IMG/VR virus record: IMGVR_UViG_3300020180_000017
Span: 1 to 64,000 of that record
Direction: 5' to 3' (one strand)
DNA from: a virus
Length of the DNA: 64,000 nucleotides
Part shown: positions 20,401-30,308 of the stretch, in pieces
Numbering within the stretch: position 1 is the stretch's first letter
Layout of the letters: every line of letters begins with the position of its first letter
Translations under genes and position numbers: made by a program
The notes under the pieces: generated by a model
Databases searched by the model: none
What the model was told of the DNA's origin: nothing
Seen by the model: the letters and a program-made list of their open reading frames with translations, nothing else

Positions 20401-23400
20401 TGTTAAAGAGTCAATATCTTCTTGAGTAGTTCCTTCTGGATAATATATATAGTTATCTCCTACTTTATCAAGAAGCCATACTTCCTTATCTTTTTTGTAT
20501 ACGAGTGGTGCAATTTTTACAGGAATATCTTTTTTCTCTAACTTTTTTAAAGCTGCTTCAGCTAAATCTTTATTACTGTATATTTCACCAGAAACGCCTT
20601 GATTAGTTTTAACATTTGCTATTTCATATTCTGTTACTACTCCATCTTCATCTTTTATTTCTCGAATAAAGTATATTGGATCTTTATCAATTATAATTTC
20701 TTCTTTTGCAAGTATTTTAGCTTTTATTTCTGCAATTTCACTTTCAAGTAAATCTATTTTTTTTAGTGTTTCTTTAATGTCATTCTGTTGTTTTTCTATA
20801 TCTATAATACGTTCTTTTTCAATATCATCAATAGAGCCTCTTTCTATATTTAATTCCTCTTGTTTCTTTAATATTTCATCTTTATTAAGAGCAATTAATT
20901 CTTCTTCTTTTTGTTTTAATAATTCTTTTAATTGTTCTATTTCACTTTTTACTTCTGATTCTATTTCCGTTGTTATTTCTGGAGTAGTAGTTTTTGCTAT
21001 TCTTATTTTTTCTTTTAAATATTCTAAATACTCTTCAGCATTCATATTTTTTAAGAGATTTGCTAAGTATTTTGCATTAATAGCTGCATTAGTAAGAGAT
21101 GTTACACTATATATATTTCTAATTTGTTGAGAAAGACTATGTGCTAAATCTGAAAGTTCATTTTGTATTAATACTGCTTGAGCTTTTATATTTTTTTCAT
21201 TTTGCTCAGAAGATATATTAGGATCACTTTTTAAAGAGGCTAATTTGCTTTCAAAAAATATTTTATTAAGATCTCCATAAATAAATTTAGTTACATCTTC
21301 GTATGAAGATAAAGGATTTTTTAAAATTGTAGTATTAATAAACTCATTTAGTGGGTCATTTATTAATGCATCCAATTTGTTTTGTGCTTTAACAAGCCTG
21401 TCTTCTTCTCTTTTTTTACCATCCTCTGTTATTGTTTTACTATCTATGTTTTGTTTTGCTTGATGAATATCTCCATATGCTTCTACAAATTTTAGTAATG
21501 TATCTTGCAATACATTTATTTCTGAATTTTCAGATTTAAACCTTGCAGTGAATATTTCATCTTTATGTTTTTTTACAGCATTATTAAAAATATCTTCATT
21601 AATAACGTGATGAAGAGCTTCATTTTTTCTATTTTCAGCTAATATATTTAAACTTTCATAAGTAATTAAACCACTTTTACTTTGAAATTTATCAAGGTTA
21701 TAATCTTCATTACTTAATACTTTTTTAGATATACTAACATATCTGTCATATATTTTTTCATTTAATGATTCAGGGTCAAGTCCAAATTCTCTTACTTGAG
21801 ATATAGGAGTATTTTTTACTGATTCTAAAGAAGAAAGTATTCCTTGTCCAAATCCAGCATTGTTGCCAGATATAAAATAATCTTTAAAAGTTTGTTCTCT
21901 AAGTACATCAGCAAATGCTGGGCTGACATTATCCAACGAATCAGCTAATATATTTTGTTCATTTAATTTAGTAATCTTTGATTGAGTGGCTTTCATCATA
22001 GCAGTATATTCTAACGCTATTGCATCTAATCTATCTTTATTATCTCCAGGAGCTTTTTTTAGTTGATCCCATTCAGTTTTTAACTCTGCTGTTTTATTTG
22101 CATCCTGCCAAGTATTGTATTTGTTTTGTAGTTTTGCTATTCCAAATACATCTGCATCCTTTTTATTTTTTATTTCTCCATAACCTACTCCACTAAGAGA
22201 GTACCAATTACTATTTATTTTATTTCCTTCTTTATCAAGTTTTCTTTTTTGTAAGTTAGCTTGTGCTACTGCCATACCTCCACCCATTATTCCTCCAAGA
22301 AGTATACTTGTAGCTAATTCTGTATCTCCACTTCCACCAAATAGTGTGGAAGCTTTTTCTGTTTGGCCAGCTATTTGTTGAAAATACTGCCATAAAGCAG
22401 AAGAATCAGGGTTGTAATGAAGGTATTCTTTGTCATTAGACGAATTTATTCTTTCAATAGCCAACTGAGGATTTTCTTCTAAGTATCCTTCTATAACCGT
22501 ACCTTTTATCGCAAGTTTTACTCCTTGAACTACTCTATTATTAAGAAGTTTACTAAGTTCTTTTTTAGCTACAACTTGTTGTGCGTTATTTACTGCACCC
22601 CTTATTGATGGAGCAGCTTGTTTTCCCAATGCTTTAAATAATAACTTTGTTTGAAACATGTTTGTTAAAGAAAGCAATGCTGCATTTGCTAAAAAAGTAT
22701 TTGAAGCTTTATTATTTTTATACTCTTCAAATTCTTCTTGAGATAAATTAAATAAAGGGTCAGTAAAATCTTTCCTTCTTTTATTTAAAGCGTCCACTAC
22801 TCCTTTTGTTTCAAAAAATGATTCAGAAGCAACTGAATAAGCCCATTGAATAGGTGCAGCAATTTCTTTACTGCCAAATAAAGCGTTTGAAGCATTTCCT
22901 AATCTTCCTGTTAACACTCTACCACCAGAGGCTATATTCATTGCAGCAGACGCTTCTTCAGCTACTGTACCTAGTTCTCCAACTACTTGCGCTCTTTTAG
23001 CAAATGACAACCCTTTGCCAATCTTTGAAAATATTCCAGCAACAGGTATCATTGCGGATAGCATAAATGCAAACCCATCTGCTGCTTCACTCCCCCAAAA
23101 TTCAGAAGTAGTCATTTTTTCAAATGCTCCCATACTGTCATATTCAGAAGATTTATAAGTTCTGAACATTGGGTCGTCCTTCATACCTTCTTGTACTTTA
23201 TTAAAGTAATTGGAAAAGCCATTATCTGCCACTTTTAAAAAATAATCTTCTCCAAAAATATTAAGGGGGTTTAGAGCTGAACCAACATATCCCAATCCTT
23301 CAACAAATTTTAACCCTGCTTTAGCTACTATGTTAGTAGCCATAGTTCCAATTGTTTTTAAACCTCTTGTAAGTACATTTTGTTTCATCCAATCATCGTA

Positions 23401-23766
23401 ATACATTTGTTCATTCTCTTGGATTGTTTTTGTTAAGTCATAACCATATTTATCATTAAGGTATTTTTTTTCTTCAAAATTATCAAAGTAAGAATTAAAA
23501 TCTTTTTTTACAAATAATGTAGGATCAAATAAGTCTTGTTCTTGTTTTGGATTATACTCTCGTAAAGTAAGCTTGGCCATTTCTCTAGTTGTCAATGGCT
23601 CTGCATTTTTATTGCGGGCATATTCTCCTTCATCAAATGTTCCAAAATCAAAAGGTTTATACTGTTTTAATATTGCTACATCAGTTGCATTCTTAAAGAA
23701 AGAATTAGCTGCATTATCTTTATCTATGTCTGATTTAAATATGTCCCATTCATTTATATCTGGCAT
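17464..23766 (-). CDS. Giant ejected/cargo protein (2100 aa) with an N-terminal Gly/Ala-rich hydrophobic region (possible channel former) and coiled coils
   Basis: Lies immediately upstream of the virion RNAP; hydrophobic segments FAFMLSAMIPVAGIF and ILLGGIMGGGMAVA; single Cys at the penultimate residue. Confidence 0.75.
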   Translation of the reverse strand: MPDINEWDIFKSDIDKDNAANSFFKNATDVAILKQYKPFDFGTFDEGEYARNKNAEPLTTREMAKLTLREYNPKQEQDLFDPTLFVKKDFNSYFDNFEEKKYLNDKYGYDLTKTIQENEQMYYDDWMKQNVLTRGLKTIGTMATNIVAKAGLKFVEGLGYVGSALNPLNIFGEDYFLKVADNGFSNYFNKVQEGMKDDPMFRTYKSSEYDSMGAFEKMTTSEFWGSEAADGFAFMLSAMIPVAGIFSKIGKGLSFAKRAQVVGELGTVAEEASAAMNIASGGRVLTGRLGNASNALFGSKEIAAPIQWAYSVASESFFETKGVVDALNKRRKDFTDPLFNLSQEEFEEYKNNKASNTFLANAALLSLTNMFQTKLLFKALGKQAAPSIRGAVNNAQQVVAKKELSKLLNNRVVQGVKLAIKGTVIEGYLEENPQLAIERINSSNDKEYLHYNPDSSALWQYFQQIAGQTEKASTLFGGSGDTELATSILLGGIMGGGMAVAQANLQKRKLDKEGNKINSNWYSLSGVGYGEIKNKKDADVFGIAKLQNKYNTWQDANKTAELKTEWDQLKKAPGDNKDRLDAIALEYTAMMKATQSKITKLNEQNILADSLDNVSPAFADVLREQTFKDYFISGNNAGFGQGILSSLESVKNTPISQVREFGLDPESLNEKIYDRYVSISKKVLSNEDYNLDKFQSKSGLITYESLNILAENRKNEALHHVINEDIFNNAVKKHKDEIFTARFKSENSEINVLQDTLLKFVEAYGDIHQAKQNIDSKTITEDGKKREEDRLVKAQNKLDALINDPLNEFINTTILKNPLSSYEDVTKFIYGDLNKIFFESKLASLKSDPNISSEQNEKNIKAQAVLIQNELSDLAHSLSQQIRNIYSVTSLTNAAINAKYLANLLKNMNAEEYLEYLKEKIRIAKTTTPEITTEIESEVKSEIEQLKELLKQKEEELIALNKDEILKKQEELNIERGSIDDIEKERIIDIEKQQNDIKETLKKIDLLESEIAEIKAKILAKEEIIIDKDPIYFIREIKDEDGVVTEYEIANVKTNQGVSGEIYSNKDLAEAALKKLEKKDIPVKIAPLVYKKDKEVWLLDKVGDNYIYYPEGTTQEDIDSLTPAPLKTIIPEVSNETAEAIENHFSPTKPVVGVFQEVVFNGKSYRKYADGRIFEMQDEVEYKADLTVDSLRKLDALFNGVVIEDEVEVEIKDSATPYLTPNKSVISLVEVVNKVDVTKKVIIPEIGEIDAMPIIASKYDIKMNALMLMPGFGSFISENSFQLVIQKGDFSEESQRKNRFTDKVNAGIDAGVVQEGHVIALVDSDGKYVKIKVDEKITQDDTGDVVMFNIDKNIFLSHLSKSAGIYKDKIDPAMSEEEIILNVYGIVDNKVKQLEEAIELIDRDKTGATKIPIYFMESSRGKQPYGNQYILVNSVIAKPKLTFITKKTYDNKVNFNGEFFSVGSFIVQIHGKEHIKVIPATIGDNENEVVKNSVKNIFDLDYSKLSDAQKELVLKFISKYLFIKSLPPLPKSKKLLFEPTKNKNSPYVIKVSNGKLTLFKVSGTEEISFDPMDLTLSLPFVDLDKNTKLKILNDKFEEVEINATEYLLNNLKTNYKPLIDKDNNLRSLPLTPYFTFSYSKENPITDVQTTSEVGSLNDELTNAENRYEEMQSRHKNEIEEYNKKNNTDFLNRDEILYGRNEYSDFERTKEILEIANRQKAEEEKSRGEVLSVIDKFSTVNAPQLTNEEKSKRKEIFEKLKTIWNRISSKDSNNRADLDEGFAVDFTAASEAGGVNIPAHGMGKSSLASALKDLFELMNNGINPKRGHGGLDVAPLTAPEVSAQTTGGGHAYRDGAFILLGTDGMITNINDIRGILVNDGLLNSNPEIIDLLRQSFPNLEIQSYSNAAKAVESLLDKQPQPQKEVDAPIPVSDLEIEIAKIEKRRQEELIISLGIIQMDKIKGWYSSHLVNTQLVGDKNKEEALKKVLLSIIKRVENKEKLGQQSKIFDSEIQAYENIKLINARYNAALAVLKSEPQKVSNSLLNEIHELTSKSSIDIGLIEFGIQSLEGAYGPVKSVKKVSDYNRIVKEINELNDLIQCK

Positions 23767-26450
23767 TATTTTCTTTGTATTATTTTATTTCTAAATTGAT
23801 TTAACAAAATTAAAGCTTTTTCAAACGTTAAAATATTTCCATACTCTCCTATAGGATTATCCCATACTCCATTTTTCTTTTCTTCAATCGAATATGTCAC
23901 TCTACCATTACTATCTTTAAAAGCTTTTATCATTACTGGAATTTTAATTCCATCTCCACTTGGTACATTCATTTGTCGTAACACAGTTTCTTTTCCAACT
24001 GTTAAAGGGCTTTCTTCAAATGCATGTTTAAGGTTCAATAAGTCTTTGTTATCTGTTAATCCTGGAATTGTATTTGTATTAGTTATATTTATATCACTTT
24101 TATAAGCAATATAATTACCTGCTTCAGATTTCATTATTCTTGCACCAGCAGCAATTAATTTATTTTCATTTACTTCTCCTCTTTCATTTATTACTTTATC
24201 TGGAGTTTTTAATACAATTTCATTGTATTTTGTATAACCCATTACTTGATAACCGTCTTCTATGAATTCTTTTGCACTTCCTTGAAATTTTGTAGCTCTT
24301 ATTGCATCTGCTACTAATATATCATATAGCTTTGGATCACTACTAAATTTTTCTTTGTATATTCTATTACTTTCTATTATTGCTATGCCATAAATATTAT
24401 TCTCTAACTCTTTAATATCATTAATTCTTTCGCTAGATTTACTTTGTACATCTCCTAATAAATTATAGACGGGATGTCTAGATGAATGAATTTCCCCATT
24501 ATTTACTATTTGTGGGATTTCTTGTCCATTTTTAAAGATTATATACTTTGTATCAATAACACCTGTTCTCCCATTTGTCATTTCTTTTTTAATAAATATA
24601 GAACCATCATTACTTTTACCATTACTATTTGTAAGTGCTTCTCTTAATTGGTTTCCTTTAACAACTTGACTTCCATAATTAACTGTTTTATTATCCACTT
24701 CTCTCATTACTTCTGTTATAGAAGGAATTTCTTTATCTACTCTAGCTTGATTTATCTCTATAATTTTCTTTTTAGTTTCTATTTCAATGGATTTTTCTTC
24801 TACTACAGATAAATAGTCTTTAATTGCATTTACTGTATTAGTCCTGTAAGTGTTTGCTATTTCTGCAACTTGCTTATCCTTGGGTAATACTCTATTTTTT
24901 TGACGTATTAATTCATTTTCATTTTCTATAGTGTTATATGCTTTTACTACTGACTCTAAATAAGTAATTTGTTGATCTCTATTTATTGCTATATTTGGAT
25001 CAAATCCTTTATTTATATCAGCTCCTATTCCAGTATAGAATCCTGCATCTCTATCTTCTATTTTTGCAGGGCTTAATTTATTAGACAGTGTATTTCCTGC
25101 ATCAACTATTGATTTACTTGCACTAGCTACTTCTGCATTTAATTGAGCAGCATATATATTTCCTTCTTTATCTTCTGTAGTACTTTGTTTTAATACTATT
25201 CCTTCATCTAATGGAGCTGAATTAGGATCTGTAGATACAGATCCAGTTCTTCTATATTCTTCTGTTTTATACGAATTACCAACTTTTATTTCTTCCAGTT
25301 CTTTATTTTGCCCATGTTCTTTATCACTCATAAAGATTTCATTTTTAAAGTCATTAGCATCTTTTAAAGTTTGAAAATTTTGTTTTTGTATAATTGCATT
25401 TGCTTCATTTAAGCTAAATTCATTTGAAGTATCAGGTGTTGCAAATTCATTACCCATTTCCCTTGCATGAGAAATAACAGCTAGTTGATAGGCATATCTG
25501 TTCATATTCTGACTTACATCAGAATAATCTCCTCTGTTAATATCGCCTAATCCTTCTTGTAATTTGTCTATTTCCCCACTCAAAGATGCTGCAAATTCAG
25601 TCCAATATTTAAACTTAACTGGATCTATTTTATTTTCATTAGCCAGTAATCTTGCTTTTGTTAATCTTTCTGTCTTCTCTTCTATATTTGTTGCTCCTAT
25701 ATTTCTCCAAGCTAAAGCTAACCCTTCTGGGTTATTGTGGTATTGAACTTTTTTTCTTAAAGCTATTTGGTATTTTGCTTTATCTGATAGTTGATCTAAG
25801 CATCCTGCTATTTTTGAAGCAGTTAAAGAATTGTTTGTTTTTGTTTCATATGTTAACGGATCTTCTCCAGAAAACATTATTGTTTCTTTATTTGGTTTAC
25901 ATTGTTTTAGTAATTCAAGACTCTCTTTGGAAACATCATAGTAAGGTGTATAACTTACTTGCTTATCTAAATAATCTTTTGACTCGTCTCCATTTTCAAT
26001 TCCTTTTTTAAAATCTTGGTAATGGTTCATTACATCTTGAGCACTTAACTCATTGTAGTCTTTTCCTGCATTTTTAGTTCTATCCCTATTAATTTTAGCA
26101 AATTCAGATTGATAATAAGTTGTGTTTTTATGGTTATCCATCATTTCAACATCTTTATATAATGGAGCATAAATGCTAATTGCAGAAGCAGCATTGTCAT
26201 ACATACTTAAATCATTTGAAAGAGCTTTTTTCAATTGTTCATTTGCTCCTTCCATAAATGTTTTAAGTCTATTTTTTGCAATATCTCCAGATATAGCTAA
26301 TCCTGCTGCACTTTCGTAAGCAGTTTTAACCCTTTGTACTCCTTGTTTCCAATAAGCTTCTTTTACTTCTAACCCTTTTAATATTCCAGCGTAATCAGTC
26401 TGAAACGGTTGTACTTTATCGTAATTATATTTTTCTACGTAACTAGGCAA
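23766..26450 (-). CDS. Putative virion cargo/ejection protein (894 aa)
   Basis: Long helical ORF in the crAss cargo block, TTG start, coupled to the next gene. Confidence 0.65.
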   Translation of the reverse strand: MPSYVEKYNYDKVQPFQTDYAGILKGLEVKEAYWKQGVQRVKTAYESAAGLAISGDIAKNRLKTFMEGANEQLKKALSNDLSMYDNAASAISIYAPLYKDVEMMDNHKNTTYYQSEFAKINRDRTKNAGKDYNELSAQDVMNHYQDFKKGIENGDESKDYLDKQVSYTPYYDVSKESLELLKQCKPNKETIMFSGEDPLTYETKTNNSLTASKIAGCLDQLSDKAKYQIALRKKVQYHNNPEGLALAWRNIGATNIEEKTERLTKARLLANENKIDPVKFKYWTEFAASLSGEIDKLQEGLGDINRGDYSDVSQNMNRYAYQLAVISHAREMGNEFATPDTSNEFSLNEANAIIQKQNFQTLKDANDFKNEIFMSDKEHGQNKELEEIKVGNSYKTEEYRRTGSVSTDPNSAPLDEGIVLKQSTTEDKEGNIYAAQLNAEVASASKSIVDAGNTLSNKLSPAKIEDRDAGFYTGIGADINKGFDPNIAINRDQQITYLESVVKAYNTIENENELIRQKNRVLPKDKQVAEIANTYRTNTVNAIKDYLSVVEEKSIEIETKKKIIEINQARVDKEIPSITEVMREVDNKTVNYGSQVVKGNQLREALTNSNGKSNDGSIFIKKEMTNGRTGVIDTKYIIFKNGQEIPQIVNNGEIHSSRHPVYNLLGDVQSKSSERINDIKELENNIYGIAIIESNRIYKEKFSSDPKLYDILVADAIRATKFQGSAKEFIEDGYQVMGYTKYNEIVLKTPDKVINERGEVNENKLIAAGARIMKSEAGNYIAYKSDINITNTNTIPGLTDNKDLLNLKHAFEESPLTVGKETVLRQMNVPSGDGIKIPVMIKAFKDSNGRVTYSIEEKKNGVWDNPIGEYGNILTFEKALILLNQFRNKIIQRK

Positions 26451-26487
26451 TTTTGTAAATTTAGTTTATTATTAATAACTCCGCAAA

Positions 26488-28395
26488 TTATTTTCTTTTT
26501 ATATAACCTCCATATTTATTTCGATATGGTGTTTCTTTATTTACTAGTAATTTTATTAATGAATTATACAGAACTGATTGTGCTTTTTCATCAGTTGTAC
26601 CATTTATTGCTTGTCTCAAATTAGATATTTCTTCATCAAATATACCTTGTTTTTGACTTTGTGGCATATTCCAACCATCCACTCCATTAAATTTAAAATT
26701 ACCCATCCAATCAGGGCTATAAGCAGTATTATACATTCTTTTACCTACTGCATTAGTAATATAATTTCCGTTTTTATCTTTCATTGGATATTGCGGCATT
26801 GTACTTAATGCGTGTTGCATTTGTTGATTTTGCCCGTAGTATCCTATAAATTTGTTTAAATATTCTGTGGAATCATTTATTTTTTGTTCGTTAATTCTAC
26901 CTACTGTAGTATCTGTCAATACGTTGTAATTATTATTATTCTGTACGTTTCTTGCATTTACAGCATTAAAACCTCTATTGTTATAATCATTTTGAGCATT
27001 TTGTATTTCTACGTTACCGCTATCGTATTGACTTCTAATTTTATTAGCATTATCCATACTTTCAGTAAATGCTTTTTGAGCCATAGCATTATTACCTGAT
27101 AATGCTCCAATTCTTTGAAATTGCAAATAATTATCAGCATTTTGTCGTAATGCTAGATTTGGATTTAGTAATTGAGATTCCAATGATTTAAAACTATCTC
27201 GTAAACTATTTGGATACAAATATTTACGAGTGGAATTTATTGCTAAACTTCCAAACAAACTTAATATTTGTCCCGTATTAAACGGAACTTTTTGATTGGT
27301 ATACTCACTTCCAGGATTATCTATTTCTGCTTGTTGTATATCTGATAATTTTTTAGGTGAAGTATTTGTTGCTTCTAAAATACTTTGAGGTGCAAATTTA
27401 TCTATTGGAGTGGGTCTTTTAACTGTATATTCTCCTGTAATTCTTTGTCTTTCTTTATTTGGTATAAAGTTGTCTACAGGTTGTATAACTCTTGGATTTT
27501 TTTGAGGTACATTAGGAGTAACTATTTTTGGAGCTTTTTTTGCTTCTTCTACTATAACTTTTTTCTCTTCTTCTGTGCATTCCTCACATACTTTATTTAT
27601 TAAGTTAGTAAGAACATTACCATAGGGTAATTTTTGAATTGCTGCTCTTACTTGTTTTGGATCATTGAGGTCAATTGAATTAGTTGAAGTAGTATTTGAT
27701 GGCATTGTTGCAGGTGGTGTTAATTCATTTCGGTTAAAAACGTAATTAAGCCGTTTCCCATCAAAAGCAACTCCATATTTATTACCTCCAAGTTGTGCAT
27801 ATTGTTTAGATGTATCTATGCTTGTTTTAGTGTTTTCTGAAAAAATAGGTTCAGTTCCTTCAGAAAACTTTGGTGTTCCCTGTTTAAATTCTTTTTTAGC
27901 TTCTTGTAAAAACGCTATTTGACCAAGATATTCTTGATTTTTTTGTAGCATCTCCTTAGCTGTATTCTTTGCTGTTACATCTCTATTTTTAACATCACTA
28001 AGTATACCTGACATTTGATTGTGGTTTTCAATGTTAATTTGTCTCTCTACTAATTTTGCTGGTGTATTATATTTTTTGGCACTTCCTCCTAATTTAAATC
28101 CAAAAGCTTCTTGTTGTTTTTTAGGTATAGCCATTGAGTTGTCTCTGGAAAAGATAAATGAATCTTCTTCAATGTTTAATTTAGTTCCACCTTGACTATG
28201 GCGTTTTCCTCCAACTCTATATAGATTCATTAAATCAGGGCTTACAACTAATTCACCTAACTCTGCTTCAAGATTCGCTACTTCTTCATCAACAGGTTTT
28301 AACGTAGTACTAACATTAGGAAGTTCATTACTCCTATTTATATTAATTACATTTCTCTCTGCTCTATTAGGATTTGTTACTATTTGAATTCTCAT
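26488..28395 (-). CDS. crAss-type cargo protein (635 aa)
   Basis: N-terminal NLEAELGE..GGKRHSQGGT..FIFS motif typical of crAss-like cargo proteins; Gln/Asn-rich C-terminus. Confidence 0.65.
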   Translation of the reverse strand: MRIQIVTNPNRAERNVININRSNELPNVSTTLKPVDEEVANLEAELGELVVSPDLMNLYRVGGKRHSQGGTKLNIEEDSFIFSRDNSMAIPKKQQEAFGFKLGGSAKKYNTPAKLVERQINIENHNQMSGILSDVKNRDVTAKNTAKEMLQKNQEYLGQIAFLQEAKKEFKQGTPKFSEGTEPIFSENTKTSIDTSKQYAQLGGNKYGVAFDGKRLNYVFNRNELTPPATMPSNTTSTNSIDLNDPKQVRAAIQKLPYGNVLTNLINKVCEECTEEEKKVIVEEAKKAPKIVTPNVPQKNPRVIQPVDNFIPNKERQRITGEYTVKRPTPIDKFAPQSILEATNTSPKKLSDIQQAEIDNPGSEYTNQKVPFNTGQILSLFGSLAINSTRKYLYPNSLRDSFKSLESQLLNPNLALRQNADNYLQFQRIGALSGNNAMAQKAFTESMDNANKIRSQYDSGNVEIQNAQNDYNNRGFNAVNARNVQNNNNYNVLTDTTVGRINEQKINDSTEYLNKFIGYYGQNQQMQHALSTMPQYPMKDKNGNYITNAVGKRMYNTAYSPDWMGNFKFNGVDGWNMPQSQKQGIFDEEISNLRQAINGTTDEKAQSVLYNSLIKLLVNKETPYRNKYGGYIKRK

Positions 28396-30308
28396 TATAA
28401 ATTTTTTATATTGTATCCCATTGCCTTTAATTGCATTGCTTGTATGGGTGTTACTTCATAAGTTCCACCCTCTTTAAAATTCTGAATTTCTTGAAAGAAT
28501 TGCTTTATTTTATTTGGTTGCCCAGTAATATCCATTGCTGCTCTTGCATTTCCATTTAATTTTTTGTAGTGATAACTATTTTTACTATGTACTGGATCAA
28601 TTTTAGCATCTTCTTCTCCATCCTCTGTTACATTTAACCCTAAGCTTTTTGCTAAAATTTTAGCTTTACTCATTGTTTCTGAATTTTGTGAAGCAAAGTG
28701 GCCGTGATTACTATGCCCTCCTAAAGGAGTATTTTTAAATCCTCTTTTATTATTATAGTTTAAACCTATAGGGTCATAAAACATTTCTGAAATATCATTT
28801 CCTTTGTAAGTTTGATTGATAGGACTTTTACGAACTTCTACATCTTTATTATTTTTATATTGTCTTGAAGAACTATAATCTTCATTGACAATATCCATAC
28901 CTTTCTTATATCTATCTTTTTTCTTTCTTATTCTTTCTGCATATTCTTCTTCACTTGAGTCTGTTTTTTCTTTTGTTTCTTCTTTTGGTTTTATATCTTC
29001 ATCAAAAAGTTCAAAAAAGTCTATTTCATCTTCTTCTGTAAACATTCCACCCTTTTTAAAATATCCTTTATTTACTCCTTGTGAATAACCATATTGATTA
29101 GTTACGTCTACGTAAGGATCATTTTGTTGAATCCTATTATTTCCTTGTTTTGTCTTCTCGGCATTATTAGCTACCATTTGTCCAATACCAGAGAGAGTAC
29201 TACCTAATAAAGAACCCAATGGGTTAAAACCAAATTGATTTTGCATTGTATATTTTGGTTTTTCATTGTAGGCTTTTGTTAAATCATCTGTAACAGGGTC
29301 TCTATTTAAACGCTTAAAATAGGCATCCATTTCTTTTTGTCTTTGAGCTTCCTGTCTTTTTTTCATTTCTTCTAATGTTTCAGGTGCTATTCCTTTTGGA
29401 GGGACTAAATTAGGGTCTATATAACCATCTTGTGGTGGTTTTGGAAATACATATCCGGCATCTTGATATTTTTTTAATCCTCCGTGTTTAAAAACGGGTG
29501 TGGTAGTTAGAAAAACAAATGAAGGAGATTTCAAAGTTGTTATTGTACCTTCTTTTAATTTTTTCTTTAGTCCATCCATTAATTGTTGAGATGTCTTAGC
29601 AATTCCTCCTTTACTAAATTTTCTTATTTTTAAGTTTTCTATATCTTCTGGAGTTAATGGTTGACCATTCTGAGTCCAAACTGGGCCAAATGCTCCAGCA
29701 TGATGCCATGCTTTTTGTTCTACTGCACTTGTTGGAGTATTACTTTGAGGTAATGATTGTTGAATTGGTATTTGTAATGGTTGCGGGTTTGTTCCAGTAA
29801 ATCCTGCTATTGGTACTTGCTGACTTAAAGTAGGGTTAGCTACAATCCTTTGTCTATTTGATAATACTTTTTCTGGTTGCTCTTTTAGTTTTGGTATTAC
29901 TACTGGTTTTCTATAAATAGGGTATGCCATACCTTCTCCCCAATCTTTAGTTGCTATAGGTTGTATTTTACCGGGAAATTTACCTGTTCTATAATATTCA
30001 TAATCGTAATCTATATTATTTCTTCTTGCAAAAGCATTTGTTCTAAATCCATCTACTACATTATACCAACTAGGAGGTAATCCATTATAATGTTTAGGAT
30101 TTTCTATATCTTTTGTTTTTTTATAAAGATTACTACTATCACTCCTATTTTGTAAAGCTTTTTTGTATTGTGCTTCATCATCATACCATTTTACAAATTC
30201 TTTAGGGTCTTTTGACTTATTACCACCCTTCTGCATTACAGGCATATTCTTAGGATAAGGAACAAATTCCCATTCATCTGAATCAATGTATTTTTTATAT
30301 TTTTGCAT
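28395..30308 (-). CDS. Virion cargo protein (637 aa) with repeated KxGG/QxGG motifs and a C-terminal peptidase M15-like domain
   Basis: MQKGG, FSKGG, FKHGG, FKKGG, FKEGG; C-terminal GGHSNHGHFA..HSKNSYHY..AMDI. Confidence 0.6.
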   Translation of the reverse strand: MQKYKKYIDSDEWEFVPYPKNMPVMQKGGNKSKDPKEFVKWYDDEAQYKKALQNRSDSSNLYKKTKDIENPKHYNGLPPSWYNVVDGFRTNAFARRNNIDYDYEYYRTGKFPGKIQPIATKDWGEGMAYPIYRKPVVIPKLKEQPEKVLSNRQRIVANPTLSQQVPIAGFTGTNPQPLQIPIQQSLPQSNTPTSAVEQKAWHHAGAFGPVWTQNGQPLTPEDIENLKIRKFSKGGIAKTSQQLMDGLKKKLKEGTITTLKSPSFVFLTTTPVFKHGGLKKYQDAGYVFPKPPQDGYIDPNLVPPKGIAPETLEEMKKRQEAQRQKEMDAYFKRLNRDPVTDDLTKAYNEKPKYTMQNQFGFNPLGSLLGSTLSGIGQMVANNAEKTKQGNNRIQQNDPYVDVTNQYGYSQGVNKGYFKKGGMFTEEDEIDFFELFDEDIKPKEETKEKTDSSEEEYAERIRKKKDRYKKGMDIVNEDYSSSRQYKNNKDVEVRKSPINQTYKGNDISEMFYDPIGLNYNNKRGFKNTPLGGHSNHGHFASQNSETMSKAKILAKSLGLNVTEDGEEDAKIDPVHSKNSYHYKKLNGNARAAMDITGQPNKIKQFFQEIQNFKEGGTYEVTPIQAMQLKAMGYNIKNL

